From Octopus sinensis (taxonomy: Eukaryota): DNA of 64,000 nt. Both the position numbers and the translations under genes were made by a program. The stretch is from positions 56,296,001 through 56,360,000 of the forward strand of contig NC_043006.1 of NCBI RefSeq assembly GCF_006345805.1. Reading direction: 5' to 3'. The notes under the pieces were generated by a model. That model did no database searches and was not told where the DNA came from. It worked only from the letters and a program-made list of their open reading frames with translations. Below, piece after piece: positions 12,966 to 24,655 of the stretch. Numbering within the stretch: the stretch's first letter is position 1; every line of letters begins with the position of its first letter.

Positions 12966-13301
12966 AATGTGCAGGTCTACCCCACTGAGAAAGGTAGCCG
13001 CAATACCAGAAGATATCAAAATTTTCATGGGGATCACCTACTATAAGAAAGGCTACTTTCTTATGTATGTGTATATATATACACACCATACATACATACA
13101 TACATAAATACATACATACATACATACATATATATATACATATATATATATATACACACACACACATGTATATATATATATCTATAGATATACATATATA
13201 CATATATATGTATATATATATATACACACATACACACACATATATATATATATACATGTATATATATATATCCATATATGTTTATATATACATATATGCA
13301 T

Positions 13302-13332
<31 letters not shown>

Positions 13333-13997
13333 CCTATATACATACATACATACATGCATATATATAAATATGTGTGTGTGTGTGGTGTGTGTGTGTGCCC
13401 AGAGTTCAAACCGAAACTGACCTATAGGAACTGCATGAATATAACACTAAAGTATATGAGTCTTATAAGTAGTGCGTGATAGGCGTATGTAACTTCGGCA
13501 AAATCATATCTTAACGTGAGAACTTAACCGAGTATGGTGTCGCACGGCCCAATAAAGCATTGAACACGTCGAAGTTCATTTTAAGTATGGCAGGCCTTAG
13601 AAGGCAATACAGAAGCTACATACGCACGCACACAAAAAGGGTGGTTCATAACTATACATTATATGTATGCGTAAAGAACATGTAAAGTAACTGTCATGGA
13701 TTGAATGGAAATGTCACGTGAAATTTTGAAATGAGATCCACACCAATATAGTAAAATCTACCGCAAAAGTGACTTATTATCGACACACCTACGTGAATGA
13801 GTATAAGTCTTTAGTAAAACTGCAACATCACTTCCATGCTGCTTACGTTCAACAGAACGGTCAAGCGACAGCGCGCACACACACACAAATATATGTGTGT
13901 GTACATATATATATTGAGAGAGAGAGAGAGAGAGAGACAGACAGGTGTTCTCTATATAAAATACAAAGTCTGAATAGTTTATATCCATAGATATCTC

Positions 13998-14226
13998 TTA
14001 CTCTTTACTCTTTTACGCTTTTACTTGTTTCAGTCATTTGACTGCGGCCATGCTGGAGCACCGCCTTTAATCGAGCAACTCGATCCCGGGACTTATTCTT
14101 TTGTAAGCCCAGTACTTATTCTATCGGTCTCTTTTGTCGAACCGCTAAGTAACGGGGACATAAACACACCAGCATCGGTTGTCAAGCAATGCTAAGGGGA
14201 CAAACACAGACACACAAACACACACA

Positions 14227-14263
<37 letters not shown>

Positions 14264-14426
14264 GACGGGCTTCTTTCAGTTTCCGTCTACCAAATCCACT
14301 CACAAGGCTTTGGTCGGCCCGAGGCTATAGTAGAAGACACTTGCCCAAGGTGCCACGCAGTGGGACTGAACCCGGAACCATGTGGTTGGTAAACAAGCTA
14401 CTTACCACACAGCCACTCCTGCGCCT
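13998..14426 (-). mobile_element. tRNA-derived SINE family 1
   Basis: Head aggcgcaggagtggctgtgtgg..ggttcagtccc; tail ...cagtcaaatgactgaaacaag(taaaagag)n; many near-identical copies in the window. Confidence 0.92.
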
Positions 14427-14504
14427 CCTCCTTTTTTTTTTCTATTAAACGCATGTAATATTCTGTGTAATTCGACTTGCCTAGGCTGCTTGTCATTATA
14501 TTTA

Positions 14505-14548
<44 letters not shown>

Positions 14549-14903
14549 ACGTGAGTAGGTGTGATAAAGCATTGCGGGAAACAATCACTTAAGACCTGCC
14601 CAAATATATGAGAAAAAAACCTCTTCATGTTCAAATATCTTCCAAACAAATTTGAAGTAGTCATATACATATATACATGCACATGTGTGTGTATACATAA
14701 ATGCAGATATATATAAATAGAGAGATAGATACATAGATAAATAAATATAAGTATGTATATATACATACGTACATATGTATTTATATACTCATCTGTTTAT
14801 ATCTATACATACTGATATAAGTATATATATATATACATATAAGCATGTATACACACACATATAAGTATATATACACATATATATACAAATACATGTTTAT
14901 ACA

Positions 14904-14942
<39 letters not shown>

Positions 14943-15513
14943 TAGAATCATATGCAAATAATTATATATATACAGTTATATATATATAGTTATTTGTATA
15001 TGATTATATATGTATTTATAAACATATATCTGTGCATATGTATATATATGTGTGCGTGCGTTCATGCTTATGCATATTCTTATATTAGTATGTATGAGTA
15101 TAAACAGCTGTATATATAATTACACATATACATATATACTATGTATATATATATATACATATACATATAAATATACATATACTTATATATATATAATATA
15201 TATATATATACACACATATATGCCTATATGACCAACCATAACAACATATATAGTAAACACTTGCCAGGAAATGAATGAAAGAGATTGTTGAGGTTCGGCT
15301 TGCTCGACTCGTAGGACGGTTCAACGCAATCTACCTGAAACTTCAAAATCACTGTCTTCTTTTCCTTGAAAAACATTAATAAATATATACTTCACTAAAA
15401 CTGCTTTGAATAATGCTTCAATTTAAAGTGAAATTGCGTTTGTGACGTAAAAACAAATATTCATACGGACATATACATCTCTACAGATATAGACATATAT
15501 ATAATATATTTAT

Positions 15514-15560
<47 letters not shown>

Positions 15561-15821
15561 ATATATACATATATTTCTGTCTGTATGCCTGTCTACAATA
15601 TATAATATAACATATCAGTGTATGTCCAATTCACTTTTAGTGTTTTTCAAGTTTTTCTTTCTCATGTTGCTCTCAAATTTACCTACTCTCTCTCTATCTC
15701 TCTCACACATACATACACACAGCCCCCACCACCACCACCACACACACACAAAAACACGCCCACACACATACACATATGTATATATATGCATCCATATATA
15801 CACGCACACACGCATACACAT

Positions 15822-16300
15822 ACACCTGTTTTATGGTGAGCTTGCATTGGGAAACCTAAGCCTAAGAAAAGAACAGGATTAAGGACGGCATAAGGACTAG
15901 TATGAAGTAACTTGGAATGGATCCAGAGGACATAGAAACCTTGCTGCAGATCAAGGTGGCGGGCGAACTAAAGTGTGGAGCAGAGTAAAAGCGTCTGAAT
16001 AGGCCAGGATAGCGCATGCAAGACTCGTTACGTTCGAGAAGGCGAATGACAAGGACTTTTTCGCGTGCATAGTTTGTTAGAGATCATGCCTTTCTTTTGT
16101 TGGGCTCAAATCTAATTTGCGAACCCATTGAAAACGAAACACCACCAACTATTCTGTCAATATGTCTGTGCACACCTTTGAATGTAATGTATGCCAGAAT
16201 GTTTGCAAATCTAACGGAGGCCTCAACGTACATTTTAAAATCCACAAAGATCAGAGCTTATCTGCAGTTCTTGGTGGACCAAATCGGATATGCAATCTAC
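15822..16300 (+). mobile_element. RTE-clade LINE 3' end with C2H2-like motifs
   Basis: LFYGELALG, ACIVC.RSCLSFVGLKS, FECNVCQNVCKSNGGLNVHFKIH. Confidence 0.7.
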
Positions 16301-16864
16301 GCTGGTGTCTTTAGGAACCTTGTCTGTTTTAAAAAGCTACATCGGATGCCATGATGGTTCTAGGGTTTAGGAGGTGGTTAAGCACTGCATAAGGAGTAGA
16401 CAACTACCATCTCCCTCTCTCTCTTACTTTCTCTCTCTCTCTCTCTCTCTAGATATATATATATATATATATGAAACAACATTTTGTAAACGAAATTTAG
16501 AAGCTTCGAATGTATTTTGTATTTTACAGAAAAGAAAATCATTTTCGAACAGAGAACAGGGCCATGCAACAGCAGAAAGGTTCAGTATTTTATTCTTATA
16601 AGGTCGGAAAAGTTAGCAGACGGGTAAAGAAGTCAAACTCGTACCCCTCTGCTGACAGCTTTTCCGTCTTATAAGGTAGATACCCAATCAATCTCTCTGA
16701 GATTTTCACGTCCACACTGAGTGTGAAATTTAACGTTTTTGTCTGTGATATATGTATATATATATATATATATATGATCATATATATATATATACATATA
16801 TATGATCATATATATATGTATATATATACATATATATATATATGTATATATATGTATATATATG

Positions 16865-16929
<65 letters not shown>

Positions 16930-18191
16930 ATTAAGCTGAAGGTCGTCTTTCCTACTTTTAGCCGTATGTTCAGTGAACTGTATATCAAAAGAAATCACTG
17001 ACAATGAACAATGATTATCATGGGAATATTTTAGCAGTGTTCACTCTTGTGCAAGGATCTGCACCAGATCACTGTTATGCAGTAAAACTCGATGGTTTGA
17101 AGTGCAATTTCTCTTGCCGAAAATATGTCGTGCATTCTCTCTATCTTTTCTGTTGGAAAGCTCGGAATCTTTGCTAACATACCACGAATGTTTCTCTTCT
17201 TGCATTTCACTTCCGAGATAATAAATAAGTTTTGATAGACCAGAAAGAGGTTTTCTACCAGATTGGTTGGACTGCTAGCAGTAGTAGGCATGTTTATCTC
17301 AGATGGGCCTACTGTGTTAAGAAATGTAATAAGGAACATTGGAGAGTGTCATACCAAATATATAAAAACAAGCATAAAGCATATTTGGCGTTATTGCCGC
17401 AGATAAAATATTTTCCATAATTTGCTGCATTGTGGTTAATTTGTGATTAAAGGACAATCACCATAACCAAATTGCAACAATAACAACAAAAGCAACAACG
17501 GTAGCGACATCAATTACAACATAGATTTACTCAAACATGGAAGCAATAGTGTAAAAATATGGGATTAAGATAGATAGGCAGATGGATTGATTATGGATGG
17601 AGCGCTTTATGATGATAAGTCTAATATGTTAGGTTTGGATTGGTGACTAGGCAACAAAATAAAAACATAATAACAACAAGGGTCATGTTCTTATAAACTG
17701 AAATGGGAAAGTTAAAACATGAATATATATGTACACAAACAGACAGATTGGTCACAGATGCAACGTTTTTGATGAAATATGTAATTGTCTTTGTTGAAGC
17801 CAATGTCACAAAAATAATTATGTTATAAATAAACTGACATTTAGGATAAAAAAAATTATATTTTCTTTTGAAAGCTTCTGTAATATTCTACTCGATTCTT
17901 ACAAAATATCGATGTTTCCGGTTGGAAATTATATAAATTCTCCAGAGACCACTCCTTCGTTGCGAACATGTAAGATTACAGAAACTGTTTATGATTTGCC
18001 GTCAGCAACGAAATGGAATATCAGACTAAATCGAATCAAAGACTTAATGCATATGAAAACACAGGACAAATCCACATAATAAATAAATGTGAGCAACCTA
18101 CATAAATATCTAATTTAAACAATGCACATATATGCACACATACATACTTACATATATTTATACATTATATTAAACATTCATATTTAATATT

Positions 18192-18588
18192 CTCTTTTAC
18201 TCTCTCTCTTTTACTTGTTTCAGTCATTTGACTGCGGCCATGCTGGAGCACCGCCTTTAATCGAGCAAATCAACACCGGGACTTATTCTTTGGAAGCCCA
18301 GTACTTATTCTATCGGTCTCTTTTGCCGAACCGCTAAGTAACGAGGACGTAAACACACCAGCATCGGTTGTCAAGCTATGCTAGGGGGACAAACACAGAC
18401 ACACAAACACACGCACGCATACATATATATATACATATATACGACAGGCTTCTTTCAGTTTCTGTCTACCAAATCCACTCACAAGGCATTGGTCGGCCCG
18501 GGGCTATAGCAGAAGATACTTGCCCAAGTGAACCCGGAACCATGTGGTTCGTTAGCAAGCTACTTACCACACAGCCACTCCTGCGCCT
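18192..18588 (-). mobile_element. tRNA-derived SINE family 1
   Basis: Aligns with 13998-14426, with a short internal deletion. Confidence 0.9.
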
Positions 18589-18602
18589 ATATATATATAT
18601 AT

Positions 18603-18647
<45 letters not shown>

Positions 18648-19321
18648 CGCAGGAGTGGCTATATATAGCGTGTGTGCATATCTATACATATATACATGTA
18701 TAAATGCATAATAAATATTTATTTATATGTATATATATGTGTGTACATGTATTCATATGCATAATTATATATATAGCTGCACAAATATATAGACGCATGC
18801 ATAAATATGTGTGTGCGTGTGTATATATATGTGTGTCAATGTGTGTATATGCATGTATGTGTATGGGTGTGTGTGTGTATCCAACTGTCGGCTCTTCACT
18901 ATCTTCTCTTGTTTGCATAAATCGTTTTAGCAGCTTGTATAAAAGTGTGTAAAGAAATTCATGTTTAAAGTGATATCGTTTCTTTTCTTTGTTTTTGCTA
19001 TAATCATCCCATATATAATAAGTATGCATTCCTTATTATAGTACATGCTTACATACTGATATATCGCAATAATACACAGTGGCCGTGTGAGCTACGAAAT
19101 CCTCGTCGCCACTGTTATATCGCACGTTCCGACGGCGTCTACTCAACTCCCGGCGTCTAGACTTCTCCCTCTATATCTGCGTATTGGGCTAGCCTACTTC
19201 ATCGTTTGGGGGCGTCCACACAACATATACATGCATAAATACACACACACTAACACACACATATGCCTACAATACAAATGCAAAAATATTTGTATGCATA
19301 TGCACGTTTATATTATACACA

Positions 19322-19397
<76 letters not shown>

Positions 19398-19627
19398 TAT
19401 ATATATATGCATATTATTTTAAACTTGGGTATACACCTGGCAGTATACAGAGATTAAAGCACATTCATTGACATCATCAACAGTAGAGATATAAATGACA
19501 CTAGATTTCCTTCAGAAATTTCACGTTGAGTAAGTAATGAATGAGGGAAAGAGAAAATTGTGATTAGTAAGGAATCTAGTGAATTCTGTTTACTCTTTCT
19601 CTCATGTCATATATATATATATATAAA

Positions 19628-19830
19628 GTTAATCCATACAAGAAAGCACAAAATACACAACAACGCGAGGACGTGGAACAAATATAGTATTATTGGACGC
19701 CCAGGAAAGAAGGAAAGAAGGAGGGTTTAACGTTTCGATCGGAGCTCTTCGTCGGAAACATAGAAAGAAAGATCCAGAGAAGGGAAGAAAGAGGAAAAAA
19801 AATCGCCAACGGTACACACGCGGTCACATT
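19628..19830 (-). mobile_element. PLE-type terminal-repeat fragment with minimal hammerhead-like motif
   Basis: 19759-19725 reads GTTT-CCGACGA-AGAGCTCCGATC-GAAA-CG-TT-AAAC. Confidence 0.55.
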
Positions 19831-19837
19831 TTGAATG

Positions 19838-19872
<35 letters not shown>

Positions 19873-19951
19873 ATATATATATATTTATGTATATATACGT
19901 TTAAATATTTGTTGTGCAAGATTTTTTATGTGAAGTCGTGTGTTGAAACAG

Positions 19952-20409
19952 ATATTGTTATATTTCGGAATGGTCATATTGCCAGTTTAACCAATAAAAA
20001 CACACGCACTATATATTTGGTGTTATTTTGCTTCAGTGATATTTATTTTTTACATTAATCTTAATCTTATTTCGGCCAAAGTTCTTTCGTCACACTCCTG
20101 TGACCGCATCAGTGGTCCTTTGTTTTCTTCTCACTTACTTGTGTCTCTCCTTACTAACCGTCAGCCATTTTGTATTTCTATTCAGACTAGAAATACAAAA
20201 TGGCTGACGGTTAGTAAGGAGAGACACAAGTAAGTGAGAAGAAAACAAAGGACCACTGATGCGGTCACAGGAGTGTGACGAAAGAACTTTGGCCGAAATA
20301 AATTAAGATTAATGTAAAAAATAAATATCACTGAAGCAAAATAACACCAAATATAGTGCGTGTGTTTTTATTGGCTAAACTGGCAATATGACCATTCCGA
20401 AATATAACA

Positions 20410-20413
<4 letters not shown>
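19952..20413. repeat. Near-perfect fold-back element (about 226-229 bp arms, 7-nt loop) with a hammerhead-like motif in each arm
   Basis: Arms 19952-20180 and 20188-20413 differ at about 3 places; loop TTCAGAC. Confidence 0.95.
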
Positions 20414-20450
<37 letters not shown>

Positions 20451-21684
20451 ACTGTCCCGTGTTGGTAACAGTTAAATATTATTTAATGAACACAATATAT
20501 ATTGTACTGCTATTATAATCATGTGATGAAAACATGCCAAACATTGTTGTATAACATGTCTCGTATCCCAGTTCAATCCACATAGCCGCTTCGCTAATCA
20601 CACATATTCAGACACAAGGAGAAAAGCAAAGCTACTAAGTTGGCTAGGCACGAATGGGGTCTGAAATGGCACGCAACACCACATACAATAAAGTGGAAAA
20701 TAGTCGAAAAATCCACACAATAAGTTAACGAGTGGAAAACATGTATGCTATTCATAGCTGAAAGAGCTCAGTTCAGTTTCAGATCGTAGATCTCCAACTC
20801 ATTGCTGAATTCTAGATCCGAAATTTTCATTAGTTGTAAGCATATGCTCAAGTCCCCGTTGAAGAATTGCGAAGTACCTCCACCACCAGACTATGTACCA
20901 TAAACTCTAAGTCACTATCGTTTCAGCTTTATAATTTACGGTCTAAGGAAAATAACTCCTTTCTCCCTTTTATTTCTCTCGTTTTTTCGTTTTCCGGTTT
21001 TTCAACCATCTATTTTCTATATATGCTTTCTTCTCTGGCTTCTTCCCTCGTCCCAATTTCAGTACGATATGCCATGTGGACAGTGTCTGATAACTGTGCT
21101 CAGAGTAGTAACGTATACTAAAGAGTAAAGCTAGTCGCCAGATTTTATAATTAGCAACTTTGCTTCTTGCAAATCAGTGACCGATGGTCACATTCTTTAC
21201 ATTATTTTCCTAGCGGCAGCAAGTTCTGGCTATGGCTCTGGTGCGCAGGTACTCTCGACTATGTGCATACGTATATGTACATACATCGATACGTATAAAT
21301 ATGCATATGTGGGCACATGACGTCATGAAAGGTGTACAACAAAAAATACGAAGTACGAGTGCATAGAATTAATATTCTATTTTTTCGAACAACGAAAGAA
21401 CACAAATGGAAAACAAGACAAACAACATAATGAACGACCCTTCATCAGTTGTTGGCTGTTTTTCTACTCTCGTATTTCGATCATTTAACAACAATATACG
21501 CTTTCAATAAAACAGTTGCTCCCACAAAGCAAATTAAGTAAAATTTGGGATATTGCGGAGGGTCAAAATTGGTAACACGAACAGAACAGTGAAAACAAAC
21601 AGGGAGGGCTATTAAGCCTAACGAGGTTGTGGTAGCGAACGTGTAAATCAAGCTTGGACAAGAGACAGACAAGAACATGTAAAT

Positions 21685-21727
<43 letters not shown>

Positions 21728-21772
21728 TGTGTGTGTGCATACACACACTGACAGACAGACACACACAGACAC

Positions 21773-21840
<68 letters not shown>

Positions 21841-22197
21841 ATACAAATTATGGGGGTTTAGTTCAAAGGTGATGTAAACGATTAGGTATGCTAGGTAAGT
21901 GTTGTAGCGGATTACTGGGGTTCCAAAGTTAGAGCCGAGACGGTAGTTATGGAGTCATTGCAGATATCCGATGCAGTGGATATATAATTGTTAAACAGGG
22001 CAGCAAATATTAAGGGAAGGCAAACATCTCAAGTCATGTACAATAATATTAAGAATTTTAAAATACATAGTGAAAATGAGAATGGTATATATTAAAAGGA
22101 TAACGGCATAGAGGAAGGGAGGAAGAGAATAAGGAGATAGAAAGAAAGAAGAAAAAGGAAGCATAAAAGTTCATTATTCAACTTTCCGAAGTTATAG

Positions 22198-22291
22198 AAA
22201 CAAAGCATCAGTCCTTAGAGGCAATCCTGCGTAGATTTATAAGCGGTCATAGATCTACACAGGATTGCCCCTAAGGACACACGCTTTGTTT
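22198..22291. repeat. 43-bp imperfect inverted repeat with 8-nt loop
   Basis: Arms 22198-22240 and 22249-22291, 7 differences. Confidence 0.9.
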
Positions 22292-23023
22292 GGTATCGGA
22301 TATTCATCGCGTACAGTGTTCCTAGTCAATTTAATCACTGTTGCAAGTGTGAAAATGTGAAAACAACTAAAAAATTGTCTGTAATGTAAATATACTATCA
22401 TATAGATTTAAGAAGTATGGGAAACAGTCGAAATAAATAGAAAAAAAATCATTTTAATTTCATAATATTCTCTAACCAAAACTCAAACTATACCACCAAT
22501 ACACATATTTAAAAAAAATGATAGAAAGTAGTAATAGAGAATTACAAAATGTAAATAAATAAAAAATCAAAGAAATGTGATAACCACTGAAAATATTTAT
22601 TTTCTAATGCCAAATAACGAACATATAGATTTTAAAATTATGGAAATACTACATAGAAAAAACTATGTACATAAAACGGATTTGGATCTTTTCAATTAAG
22701 ATAAATATTTATTTACATGAAAATAAAAGGACATCTTCCAATTCTGTTTCCTGACTGGGTCACCGCGCAGGTGGACAGTCGAAATAAAAGTCAAAATCAT
22801 TTCATTTTTATAAAAAGATTAAAAATGTATGGAAGACAAAACATACAAAAAAATCTATATCTATTTACCTCCATTTACGCGGGAGCTCTGGGCAAAATGT
22901 TGTAGTGCATGACTGTCCTTGGGGCATAAGTAATGTGTGAGAAGAGATAGAAGTAAATCGGTTGAGAATTGTGGGAATGTATGCGTAAGTCATTATACAC
23001 ACACATACTGTGATTTATATATA

Positions 23024-23515
23024 TTAGGTCTTCGAGTATGAGATTTGTAGTAAGGTACATGGTAAACTTTGACAGCTGCTCATTTTGCGCCATTATTACA
23101 TTTTGACAATCTTTATTTTTTGTTAAAAAACTAACACGTCTATTTCTTTATTCTAACTAATTTTGAGCTTTATAAATTATTTATAAATCGTTTTTGCTAT
23201 TTTTGTTTAGAGAAGGATAAGTCGGAAATTCGTACAGTTTTGAAATGTGAGTTCGTTCTTGGAAATACAGCATCAGAGACTACTCGGAATATTAATGGAA
23301 TATTTCATTCTAATGTTATTACACAGAAGACAGTATCAAATTGGTTTCCGAAATTTCGTTCTGGTAACTTTGACCTCACAAATGAGCAACGCGCAGAAAC
23401 AAACGTAGATAATGACGAACTGAAAGCCACCTTCGAGTCAGATCCATCTCAAAGTGCCCGTGAATTATCGTTATTGTTTGGGGTTAGCAAGCAAACAATA
23501 TTGACTTACCTAGTT
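23024..23515 (+). mobile_element. Mariner 5' fragment (TIR plus HTH region)
   Basis: TA-TTAGGTC start; DKSEIRTVLKCEF..ETTRNIN..VSNWFPKFRSGNFDL..DPSQSARELS. Confidence 0.85.
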
Positions 23516-23524
23516 GTATACGCA

Positions 23525-23815
23525 AGGGAAAATATAGATACTTCAAATATAAATAAATATATAGGGTCTAATTACCCTTCTCACCACGATAGTAAGGCAT
23601 ATTATCCCTTAATCCATGCTATCGCTTGTATTTACAACATTCTTGATAAATTAAGCTACGTATTAATAGTGCCCATACAGTGTTCTATTATTAATCCCAT
23701 ACTTTGATATTATAACCATCGATTTATGTTTATTTTATTTTCTAACAATAACCCCTTTTTCAATTTCCTTTCACATATACTTTTATACTAATATTGAAAC
23801 ATTATATCCCTTTGT
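23525..23815. mobile_element. Old MITE-like element with degenerate terminal inverted repeats
   Basis: aagggaaaatatagatacttcaaatat versus the reverse complement of atattgaaacattatatcccttt. Confidence 0.4.
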
Positions 23816-23960
23816 GCATATATATATATAAAGAGAGATGTAATGTTTGAATGTAAGTATAGATGTATTTTTCAAAGTAAATTGAAAATATACACATATA
23901 TATGTATATATGCATACGTATATATATACATATATATATACGTATCCATGTATATATACG

Positions 23961-23992
<32 letters not shown>

Positions 23993-24082
23993 TATATATA
24001 TATATGTATATTATACGTATATATACATATATATATATACGTATATGTATACATATATATATGTATACATATATATATATAT

Positions 24083-24161
<79 letters not shown>

Positions 24162-24234
24162 AATAAATATTAGGGAATAAATCCAAACTTACAGGGAAAA
24201 ATCAGATTTAGGATTGAATCCAATTTTATAGTAA

Positions 24235-24617
24235 AATATTATATTATATTAAATTAGAGATAAAACCACTATTAGGCAAATCATACAATGAAAAACTTAA
24301 GCCAATACATAAGATTATTTAATTTATATTATTTAAATATATAACAAAATTATTTTTAAAAATATAATTAATATAACTACAGTCATTCATCAGGTGGTTT
24401 AAATATTTAACTTGGCGAGGTTTAATGAATGACTGTAACTCGAAAATTTAAAGAAATTAACAGCCATGAAACGATCGTAGTGTTATATTAATTATATTTT
24501 TTTAATAATTTTGTTATATATTTAAATAATTAAATAATCTTATGTATTGGCTTAAGTTTTTCATTGTATGATTTGACTAATAGTGGTTTTATCTCTAATT
24601 TAATATAATATAATATA
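24235..24617. repeat. Fold-back element (about 140 bp arms) with hammerhead-like motifs facing outward
   Basis: Arms about 24235-24380 and 24478-24617 are nearly reverse complementary. TCATCAG at 24387-24393; GAAA-CGATCG-TA-GTG at 24468-24482. Confidence 0.9.
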
Positions 24618-24655
24618 TATTATATATATTATATATATATATATATATATATGAA

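Noticed and set aside
15335-15364. 30-nt minus-strand exon-like segment (KEDSDFEVS)
   Set aside because: The donor GTAGAT is weak, the phase 1-1 has no partner, and the region looks like an interspersed repeat.
17031-17339. 102-aa minus-strand ORF in unique sequence
   Set aside because: No recognisable domain, no convincing splice sites, and a length compatible with chance.
21410-21460. CTGATGA on the minus strand in a PLE-like repeat
   Set aside because: No properly placed stem II/GAAA/UH could be built.
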